Positions 22,996 to 34,900 of a DNA stretch of 64,000 nucleotides are shown piece after piece (position 1 is the stretch's first letter; each line of letters begins with the position of its first letter). The notes below the pieces were generated by a model. It worked only from the letters and a program-made list of their open reading frames with translations. It searched no databases and had not been told where the DNA came from. A program made the translations under genes and the position numbers. The DNA comes from Balanoglossus misakiensis (lineage: Eukaryota; Animalia; Hemichordata): positions 3,613,434 to 3,677,433 of the forward strand of contig CM082593.2 in NCBI GenBank assembly GCA_040954595.2, in the 5' to 3' direction.

Positions 22996-25900
22996 CTGAA
23001 ATATAATTAAAACAAAATTTTTTTCAGCACGCGACTAAAAACTTTCACATTCTGAAATCAGAAAAATTAGCATATTGACATATTTACAACGAATATTATG
23101 ACAATTTTATGATAACACTGAGCAAAAATCTTACATTGCAGACATATTTATATAATTTTATTCACATACACTTAAAACAGGGAAATTTAAAAGATGGGGA
23201 GTACACCACAGAACATCGTGTTAAGTGACTATTTTGTGAAGCTTAACACATGCATGCAAACAATTAATTTGCTCGTCGACATGACATTGGGGCTGGAGAT
23301 TGTTAAATTTTCAGAATTTCTGGTTGAGACACCGCAATGAGACAGTTATTACAATGGAACATTTCTTAAAGTTAACTTTTGCTGTTAGTAATGTTTGATC
23401 AGTCCACGGCCTGGATTACAGAAATGGCAGACATTGCTGTCAATTGTTTATCACTACTGGTAACGCAAAAATTTAGCTGTTTTGGACAAACAAGAGTTTG
23501 GACTAGATGACGCGTGAAAACCCTGATGCAGCACTGTTAGAGTAACAGCACATTCTGGAAGATTTGATGTACTAGCATGTGGACACTTTACAAACAAACA
23601 ATGAAAAAGATGAGGTACACTACGAAATAAACATTGCATGTTCATTAACTGCATGTGCAAAGAAGCGTCAATAATGGTGACTTATACTGAGGTAATTATA
23701 AAAAAAAAGTGAAAACAAAATTCGAGCTTATACATGTATGTATATCATATACCTTACAATCACATAAAATTTGTGTTTCAAATCAAAACTTCAGCCAGGG
23801 CAAAATTTGGTGCCTTTTAGTGTCTTTGCGTCAGTGCACTTTTAAACAAACAGATACTGATGACATCACACCAAAAACTGATGACATCACAGCTATAAAA
23901 TCTGTGCAGATACCCTTTTTGCGCATGTTCTTGATAGTGTTAGTTTTGTCGTTGGACAACATGCCAGCGTCCCGTGCAGAATCAAAGTGAACCCTCTTTG
24001 AACTGGGTGAGGAAGAGTCACTACGCTTAAAACTACTTCGAAGAGGACCGTTACGCGGCAGATTATCGTTACTAACCACAATAGGAATGTTATTGTGTGT
24101 CATCATCTGAAAATACAAAATAAAGTTTGCAAAACAAACAACAATAAATGAAAGAGAACTAAAAGCAAGAGGCATGTAACTTAATGAAATAGAAACTTCA
24201 ATTGGATGCAGACTGATTGGATAACTTTACATGAGATTCTTTTCTTTGTTGACTGAAAATTCTTGCTTTGAACATGGACTGAGACAAGTATTGTTATATG
24301 TCGTAACCCAAATTGTGTTTCTGATTGCCTAGGTACGTGGACCAAGCAACTGAGCATTTAGTATGTTTCAGTGGTTAGAACAGCAACTGAACACCATTTT
24401 GAAATATTAAAAAACACACTATTGTACAACAGTTCCCTCTTCGTAAATTGTTAGTTCTGTTATCTCCTGTTAGATCATGAGAATTATTATTCCTAATAAA
24501 TGTTCACATGCAGCGTTGAAGCTAGGAGGCATGATTGAAGACCTACGTGGATGGCTAGAGACAGCAACGATAGCAAAATCCTACACAACACACTGCGTAG
24601 CAACAAAAGCAGCAAAAGAAAGCAGCAGGGAAAGAATGCAATAATTACAGTTACAATTACTGAAATCTCAACACAAAGTGTCTAACCATGAACCTTGCAT
24701 TTTTAAGTTTAAAAAATTTACATGCTCCCAGCAGATTTAAAGATCATCTTGACAACCTTACCTTCCCGTTTTGTTTTGGCTCAGCAGTTGCCAAAGTTGC
24801 ACCATTGGCAAGGGTTGAATCCACTTCATCTAACGGCCTCTTTTTCACTTCTTCTTCCCCTTCCTCCTCCTCGTCTACTGGCGGCTTTTTGATGTCATCA
24901 TCATCATCGCTCTCATTTTCTTCCAAGGCTGGATTCACCATACCTTCAGCGGCACTCCTGTTGCCCGCAAGACTTGCCAGCTTATCTGTACTGCCGTGAC
25001 TGGGTTCGCTCTGTTCTGATATGGCTTCAAGTGTATGACTGCAAGGGCGGTACAAGATTATAAATTATTCCATATGCTACAATATTTAAAAAAAATTCAA
25101 GATAATTTCCCCACACTTTCATTGTAGTCACTCGATATCCACACGTCAAAACTACAACAGAATGATTAACGAACTTACTCTCTGTACGGCAAGACCACTG
25201 AACTTTCAGGATCAACCTGTACGGAGAATTCTTCCCCCTCGCCAACCTCAGACGGATCAGCAAAGAAATCCATTGTAAACTCCTACAAAGACAAATAAAT
25301 TTCAAACATTTTATGCCATGATTATATACATCTACAACAGATTTTTCTTAATATTCCATAAAAGTAGTTTGTGAAAAACTTGACGGAAAATATTTAAAAG
25401 TTGCATACCTGAGCCTCGTACGCCTTTAAGAAGTGTGGCTCACCACTGTAAGATAAAAATGAAGATACACAATTTACTTTCTAAGAATCGTCTCATAACA
25501 GTTTACACAGATTTCCAAATTCAAGATGGCCGACATAATATCTAAGATGGCCGACATAATATCTAAGATGGCCGACAGAATGCTGAAAATTCAAGATGGC
25601 TGCTGAAACTGAAGAAACCGGCAAATCAACTTACTTTGGATAAAGGTCGTCACTGTGTGACATGTATAGATTTGCGTAATGCAATGGATCGATTGCATCC
25701 AGGTGTGGACACACGCAGAAGGTGGAGAGATTGCAGAAATAAAGAATGAAGCATATGGGTTAGATGGCAGAATATTTATTATGAATTAATTAACATTTAG
25801 CCGGGGAAGGATGCTTTTTATTTTTACTGGAAATCGGTCTATCATTAGCTGGCTGGATTTTAGCTGTATGGTTAGACTTTTTTCAATATGGTGACAGCAA

Positions 25901-28900
25901 AACCATTCTAAATACCCCAAAAACTCAGTGATAAATTTATTGCTGACTATGAATGTTAATCACTCACACTTGTATGGCCTGGTCGTCCAGAAACACTGGA
26001 TTGGGACTGCAAGATAGAAAAGCGATTTGAAAATGTTTTATGAGTAAAAGGAAATTCATCTATTGATATATCAACAGACAAAATTGTGTAAAATATTAGT
26101 ATTAAAAGATATAAATTTTACATGCAAAAGTTAGTGATAGTTATTCTACAAATATGTGATTTTTAAATTCATTGCTACTACTGGATAAAGGTAAAACTAG
26201 GAATTACACTTGTAACATTTATAATTTTATTTTAAGAATACTTGCAAAGACAAAATGTAACAATCATGTTTTTTACTTAAACATTTATTCAAAGGGATGA
26301 CTTTGAATCAAAAGGTAACGGAAACATCTCCAGTAAAATTTATGTTATTGCAGTCCAAATTTTTAAGTGTTTCTGAATTAGAATTTTAAAACAAACTCTC
26401 CGATCACCTAGTTCTTTTTCCACTAATTCTACACAGGCATTTATAATGAAATGGTCAGTTTCCTTAGCATTTACAGGCTATACCATTATATCTAATGGGT
26501 AGAATTATAATTTAGGGGATGTGCAGATTTATCCATTTACTTTCCCACTACGAATATATACACCCAGATCACCCCTTAACTTACTCAATAGTGAACACTG
26601 GAGTATCCATTCTGTGTACATGTATGCGAGTGTGTGAGTGTGGATGGGGAAAAAAGATGAGCAGTAAAAGATACCAGAAAAAAAGTTAGAAAACAGAAAG
26701 CCAGACAGAAGATGAGCAAGACAACCCTTGTACCTCTATAATTGGTCTCAACCCCATTGTTCATAAATGACAGGGTTTGAACCATATGCATAGAAATGGG
26801 GGTGAAAGGTTTATTAATAGAAGGGTACGCAGATATACATATTACATGCAAAAGTGTACATGTACGGTAGACAGACACTGAGACAGTAGTCATGGAAACA
26901 GAAGCAGGCAGATTATACTTAGAGGGGAAAGTTTCAGACACATTTATGTCAGTGGGATCACAGTGACATTATTTGCAAACTAGAAGAGAGAGACTTACAC
27001 TGGTTCTGGCATTCTTATGTGGCTTCTGTTAGTTGGGTGATCGGAAAGCAGAGGTGAGGGGTGTCAGGAAAACAAAACCAGTGGGTGAATAAATATACTC
27101 TTCACACTGGCACAAACACTCAAATTTGAGTCTATATATAAACTATGATTATATCTTTCAAGTTGAGCATATATCTCACAGATGAGGTTATATAAACTGC
27201 AATGTATTTAGAGATATTGTTTTGTATCACAGACTCGGAATGTGTCTGTACAGATATAAATCTGGTTCAAGTTCACATATATACATTGTAGGTATCCTTT
27301 GGTAGATTTTAATAGTCTAATTTCTCTCTGACTACATGGAAATGCCGAAAGAGCTTTGTGAGAATATGTAAACGTAGCTGATGATATAGGCAAGGGTTTA
27401 AAGGTAACAACTAACACCAAAACTTACATATCACTTGCATTGTTGCTATCATAGGCAGTGATGTTTGTGTACATTGGCAAATACAGTCTGGCGTTTCGTT
27501 GTTTTTCTGCTTCTCTCCTAAAAGAAAATTACAAATTTTAGAGTTTGCAAAGTACATCAATTAAAAATAAAAATAATCAACAGTGCAACATTGGTAAAAT
27601 TATATCATTTTAATACATTTTAATAACTTTCCAGTGAGTCCATCTCCTGAGCACGGTCAACTTGCATTGCTTTTGATATGGCATGCAAGAAGAACATTTC
27701 AATTGGTCTGTTTGGGTCACATGGTTGTCACATAAACAAATGAACCAATGGCGTGTTCATGTTCAGAAACCAAAGTTTTGACGTTAACACTTTGTACTTG
27801 GTTGCATTGTCACGTGGGTTACTTACATGTAGGTGAAATGTCATGAATGGATACATCAGTGAATAAACCAACAAATGAATGAATGAACGAATGAATGAAT
27901 GAATGAAGAAAGTCTTCACTGATACCACACTGGACTCAAAAATATTTCACAATATGACAATGAGATGTAACATCTAACAAAGTACACAACCTCATCCCTC
28001 TTCATCTTGCTTAACCCTAACACAGACAAATCTACAATTAACACCGAACACTGTTACATTTTCACCGGTCGGCTATATGCCCTTTGAGCTCTGACCTCCA
28101 GGTCACTATTCGGCCTACCACAGAAATACACATACAGTGAATGGGAACAGCGATTTTCAATTATGGCTACTAACTTTCTGTGATAGGTTTGATTGACACC
28201 ATCCCCGAGCATGAATGCATCACCACTATACATTCCACTGGGAAATTCCACCACTACCCTGTTTAATTTAATTCAGAAATCATCGGGTAAACGGCAGCTG
28301 AACGTTTTACCTAGTTTTGGTGCCATTTTATAAGATTTATTTTAGATAGAGACTAAATGACTTAGGAAATGTTTATCGTTAAGCCAATAGCTGCACAGAT
28401 CTTTCAAGAGAGAATTTACACTTAGGCTATGCGGCAGAATTTAAGACGACCAGTTCACATGACAGCAATTACATACACGACCAAGAAACAGAAAACTTTC
28501 CATTCACTAATTTACTTCTCAAAAGAAGTGTGATCACAACAGGTATAAACTCAGTAGCCATAGAAAGATATCTGAAATTACGCTTCAGTGAAAACTTATT
28601 TACAAAGTGCAAATAGTGGAAGCAATCTCTGACAATTAACAAAAAATCCAAACTCACTGTTTCCAAGAATAACAGATGACGATGATGGCAATACAGCTGA
28701 GTAGAAACAGAATACAACCCAAGGCGATGAGGGCAGCCTCTGTCGTCTGCATTTGGTAGTTTTTGACAACTGTGTTTTCCGGTGGGCGTATGCTGATAAT
28801 TCCACCATTGAGGAAACTACGAAATAGTTCGTCCAGTTCTTCTGAGTGTGCTTCCAGTATTCTGAAAAAAAATATGAGAGAAATGTCTGCTTGTTGACGT

Positions 28901-31900
28901 TGATTCTTCTAGAGTTGCAAAATTCCAAGAACCAAAAAGAAGTGCATTGACTGAATGTTCGTCCACTTGAAAGTTGGAATTTATTGAAAACATTTTGACT
29001 TTACCTCATTATTTCAACCGTGGTCAGTGGATTATCATTCTCATCCACTGCGTAGAACAAAATATCCGTTCCTGACGGATCTATTGAACTAAATTCATTT
29101 CCGTATTCCCGCGGACCGATCCGTTCGATCACAACCGTGGCATTCAAAATGAGCTCCAAGAGTTCAACGACTTTATCCTTGTTCTCCTCGATAAGTGTTG
29201 GTGGAACGTCCGCAACCAGTACGACTCTGTTCTCATTACTTATCAGTGAAATCTGCCAAAAGAAACATAGTTTGATTTAACACTTTCACCACCATGGTTC
29301 AGTCCAAATCCATTGTTTTCTATGGTGAGGTTGGACCTTAAAGAGGAAACTGGGGGTGAAGAGGGTTACAGTCAAAAGCGTAGGGAGACAAAAACGAGAG
29401 AGATAATAAGAGGAGATAAATTCTTACCACAACCGAGGCTTCTGTGGAAAATCCCCCTGCGGTATCCCTGGCAACGACAACAAACTGATATTTACGGGTA
29501 CTGCCAAGCTGCCTGTTGAGGACATCAGTTGTCGTGATCATTCCTGTGTTGATATCGATTTGGAAGAAACTTCTCTCGGTTTCTTCTGTGGAGTTGAGTG
29601 GCCCCATGGTGAAATTGACTTGACTGTTTTCATCACTGTCCACGTCAGTCACCTGCAAAAAATCGAAATAAATGTTACCTTGTGATATATATACACAAAG
29701 AGACAAACTTCCAAGTAAAAAAGGAAAATTCTGAAAGCTTGCATAAAAATGACTTGGAACTGTATCATTTGAGTTGAAATTAGCACTAATACTTACAAGG
29801 ATTTGTAAGACCTCCGTAAATGGGCTGGCATCATCAGCCACGCCTCCGACATACTTAGACTGTGTAAACTGTGGCGGATTATCATTGATGTCTTTCAGTT
29901 CTATGATGACTTCTGCTACGTTTGGTTCTGAAGGGGAAAGGAATCCACAGGGAGATTAGACTGAGGTTAAAGGCCAATACTAGTACAGATATAAACAATA
30001 CTAATAGACCCTTTGTCCGTGCACCAAACTTTTTATTGGGAAACCAAAATTAAACTTACCATCAGCTCTTCTCCTTCTGCCTGATGTTGTGTTTGTGTTG
30101 TTGTAGACACTAGCCAAAACCGTCAGCGTAAACATACTAACATCTTCTCTGTCAAGTACTCTATTTGTGAGAATCTGACCAACGTTGTCAACACTCTCGA
30201 TAAGAAAAGAATCTGCAGAAAGTAAAGGTCAAAATGATAATTCAGTAATCCTATGACAAGTTAAATGCAAAGAGTATCATAAATGCAAAAAGTATCATGA
30301 TAGACACATTACAATAATTAGGTACAATATATGCATAACTATTCATCAGCCGATGCACAAATGATTTTTAATATTTTTTTTTTACTGTGGAACTGAAGTG
30401 TGTTTATTGTTTAGTGTACTAACCGTTGTGATTTCCAGAGACGATCTGATAGGAAACTGAATCTCCTGCCCGGCCCACTGCTCTGACCTCTACAACAGGG
30501 GTGTAACTTGGCTGCTCTTCTAGCAAATCAGACACACTGTAATACAAGATGATGTGAAACACACAATTGAGTTGTTAGAGAACTCGATGCCTATTGGTTT
30601 TTATAAGTGACAGACATTACAAGCCAATATTGACTGGCCAAAAAAAAGAGAAATATCACTAACCTGTAAACAGATTTTTCAAATACTGGCTTTTCTTGCA
30701 CTTCTTCTCTGTCAGTAATTTCAATGATGACGGTTGTTGTGTCTGACAGTCTCTCCGATGGATCACCACTGTCATAGGCTTTCACCGTCAACTATAATTC
30801 ACACAAGAAACCAACCGTGAGATATCAGTGAATGTTTTTTTTACCAAAAGAGCGTTTTCCATTCTAAGACTAAGGACAAGAATGCTTCGATACATTGGTG
30901 AGGTGGAAGGGAAGACACATAAAGACAGTGATGCCTTTAACATTACGTGATACTCATCCTGTGTTGTTCTCTTCAAGCTTGTCTTTGTGACAATGACACC
31001 AGTTTGCGGATCTGATATTGTGAAGAATTCATTCGGTGGTTCAATCTGGTATGTGACCTGGCCGTTCAGTGTCTCCTGAAAATGTACGAAAACACAAATG
31101 AGTTACAACTAACTACTACTTTTTTTCTCCGACAAAACCTAATTAAAGCAATATGAATCAGCTGTTGCCCCCCAAACTGCTTATCAGACTTTTGTCAAAG
31201 GTCAGTTTTCACCTGATGCTAATATACAGGTCACCTCTAAAAGCTAGGTCACTTCTCTTACTCACCGGTAAGTCACCATCTGTTGCTAGGATACTGTCGA
31301 TGACCGTTGTTCCCAGGTCTGCATTCTCTTTCACTGAACCTCTGTACTCATCTTGAGTAAACACTGGTGGGTTGTCGTTCACATCCTGTGAAAATGAAAA
31401 ACAGAAATCATGTCAACGCACAAAAATGCTTTCCACAGCTTCCACAACTTGCAGTACTCACACAGACAATGTCCTAGTTTAGTAAAAAAAATTATAAGAA
31501 TTTAAAATTTAACTAACCATAACAGTAATGGTAACCACGGCATCAGCAGAAGCCAGAGACATATCTGTCTGATGGATGTCCGTGGCTGTGACTGTCAAAC
31601 TGTATGTCTGAACCATTTCATAGTCTAATGCCACGAGCAGCGATAGTGACCCGGTCTGGTTGTGAACGCTGAAAACACTGGTGTTCCCTGATGTGATTTC
31701 ATAACTCAGTATGGCTCCCTCGTCATTGTCAGTTGCCTAGGAGACAAACAAGATTTGGAACAAGGTTGGAACTACATTCATTTATTTTACAAGGTACAAT
31801 ATGATGCTGATCAGTTGGGTAGATTAAACAGAACTACAGTATCAGTGATGATACAGCAAATCTTACCTCCACCGTCAGAAAATCTCCTTCCATGACATTT

Positions 31901-34900
31901 TCTGTGATGGTATACTGATAATAGGAGGGATCAAATATTGGACCGTGATCATTCTGGTCTTGAACCACGACAGTGACTGTTGTAGTGGAACTTCTGGGCG
32001 ATGTGGCTTTGTCTTGCGCTGTCACGATCAGTTCATACAGAGATTCTTCCTCTCTGTCCAAGGCTACTTTGGTGTGGATCATACCACTGCTAGATTCAAT
32101 GCTGAATCTGGGTGAGTCTAGGAGGTACTCTACCTCTGAATTTGGTGTATTCGGTTCGTCGATGTCATAAGCCTGTTTGTGAGTTGATTGAAGAAGAAGT
32201 TAATGTAAAATACAATTCATCACCAGTGCAAATTTTAAACAAAAATGTGGTGACTCTCAAATGCTTCCCTTACCACAAAATGGTTTACACAGAGACTAAG
32301 TAATTGCTGAATATAAAGCCATTTACTATTGTCTTTGGATGCCAGGCATTTGATGAATGTGTATCATTAAAAGCTTGTCCACAAAAAAACATAACTCCCT
32401 ACCTGTACTTCACCAACATAGGCATTCTGTACGTTTTCAAAAACATAGAACGTTGACGGCCATGTTGAATTAAACTCTGGGTTGTTGTCGTTGATATCAA
32501 GAACAGTTACTAGGAGTTGAGTTGTCACAGTCTGGAAGTCAGAAAAAGAAAGAAACACCATTTGATGTCAATCATATTCAGTGAACTTTCGACCATTGAT
32601 AATTCGGAAGAATTTTGTTAAATCCGAGCTTATCAAGCAACTTTAAATACAGGCTTTCAACAGACCTCCACCGAAGGTGACACACAAGAGTTAGCAGTTA
32701 AAATGACAAAGTCTCTCTCTTGCTGCCCTTTTGTCTTAAAATTATGACTTTCAAAATGGCCGCCAAATTTGAGGTTCAAAATGGCCGCCTATATCTGTGC
32801 TTAGTCTATGGCATTCAAAATGGCCGCCAAATTTAGTGACTTTGAAAATCTCTATGGTAAACATTATGTAGAAATTTTACTCATAGTTCAACCACACACA
32901 CCTTCCATCCCACTTGTAGACGCGAGAGCAAAATGAATATTTGGTGTTTACCATTTATTCATTTTGGCGAGATTTTTACTCTCATATCCTACAAACGTGA
33001 TGGTTGAATGTTGATTCACTATATATCCACATGTGCATTAGCATAGACAGTGTAGTGAATCAAACATAATAAATGGGAAAAGAAGAGTGAGAGAGAGACT
33101 TTGTCCCTCTAATATCATGAAATGTCAGGAAAGTAAAGAGATGCTGGACATGGCTTATTCGAGAAACTTGAAGAGGCAATAATCATCCAACCTGATTTAA
33201 ATCTGTTGCTGTTATCGTCAGATTGTACGACGCCTGTCGTTCTCTGTCAAGCTCATTTACTATGGAAACTTCACCCCTGCAAAAACAAAAGGTGAGATGG
33301 CTATCAACAATAGATGGCAGTCATTTCTGCAGAAAAACAAAAACTATTTCAAATGTATGCATTGAGGGCGCTACAGTCAATCCTTGATGTTTGCATGTGC
33401 AATAAACATATTTTTTGACATAGAAAACATAGCAAATATTTCGATTATCAAAAATTCTAGAACACTATCTAGTAACTGGTAACTAAAGGAAAGTGTGGAC
33501 ATACCCCAATTCACTGATGGTAAATTCACCGTTTGGATCTCCAGCAGAGACGTTGTAATACACTGTGTCACCATCACCATCAGTAGCCTATGGGCAAGAA
33601 TTGACAGTGGCCATTAAAATACAATAGATAATGGTACCTGGAGGTTACTGAGGGATTTGGGTGGATTCAAAGACTTGCAGAAATGACTTACTGTGACAGT
33701 CTTGATCACTTGGGGCGGGTTGCTCTCACTGACGGAGACAAGGAATGGATTTTCTGCAAATACCGGAGCTCGGCTGCTCTCAAGGGGCTGCACGTCAACG
33801 GTCACGAACGCCAAGGTTGACCTATCAAAATATGCAAATGGGAAAGAATAATTTTAACATGGAATATTATGACTGCTTGAAGGCTATATCACATACACTA
33901 ATATACAGCATACTGTATCTAGTACCAATAGGTAAACATACATGTACATTTATAGACATCAACACAATGAGTGTAAGATGAGCTCCTATGGCTAACGGAA
34001 GCTGTTTTAAAATTCTTCTTTTCTTTGATTCCTTACTTTCTGTTAGTTTCTGGTCCCCTGTCTTCAGCTTTGACAGTGACAGTGTATTCCTCTCTGGGTT
34101 CCAACTCAGCCTTCGTCAGTGTCAGCGTTGCCGTGTTGTTGCCTTGTTCAATTCCGAACAGATCACTGTCGCCGTTGGCAACGTAGGAGATGGTGAAGTC
34201 AATCACAGCGTTGTCACCCAAATCACTGTCACTTGCAGATAACTACAAGAAACAAATGAAGAGAGGTTGTTTTACAAGAATGACAGAATTCGCACAATTA
34301 GACAAGTTAGACATGCATAACATACAGTCACAGTTGGCCCCAATAACAAACCAGTTACTTACCGTCATTATTGAAGACCCAACTTGCTTGTTTTCTTTCA
34401 CTCTAACCCGATACCTATTGACATCTGTACTGTACGCATTGGTGGCAAAGACCGGTGGGTTATCATTCACATCCAAGATGGTGACTGTCACTGGAACTGG
34501 GTCACTTTCTAAGGTTTCATTCGTTGCTGTTTCCGTGGCAATGACCTGTGGAAAAATTCAAGGGAATGAATGAGAACATTCCTTGTAAATTCAATTCATT
34601 TCTACAACTTTCCACCTGTGCACTCCACAGCGCTGGGTTAGTCTGTCACAAACTTTCAAACACAATCAATTTTTTTACGATTCAAATACACAATTATAGG
34701 CTAAAACAAATGAACAATACTCACAGAGAACGAATAACTTGAATTTGTTTCTCTGTCCAAACTACCGCTTACAACAATGTACATAATATCCCCGACTTTG
34801 CTTGGAGCAAATCTGTCGTCTGCTCCTATAAATCTGTAGTCCAGCTGTGGACTGACTCCCTGAGAAGACAGCATCAAAAATAAATCACTGAAGATCCACA

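Noticed and set aside
25521-25606. Repeat-spacer appearance suggesting a CRISPR-like array
   Set aside because: Eukaryotic intron; units are tandem with identical spacers, only 3-4 copies, no cas genes.
26585-26941. 118-aa hydrophobic ORF as an alternative TM exon
   Set aside because: Hydrophobicity comes from an intronic pyrimidine tract; only the 27-nt microexon, in another frame, has splice support.
30792-30946. Apparent frameshift in cadherin EC9 (pseudogene?)
   Set aside because: Resolved by a normal GT-AG intron (CAC|gtaatg ... ttatag|TTG).
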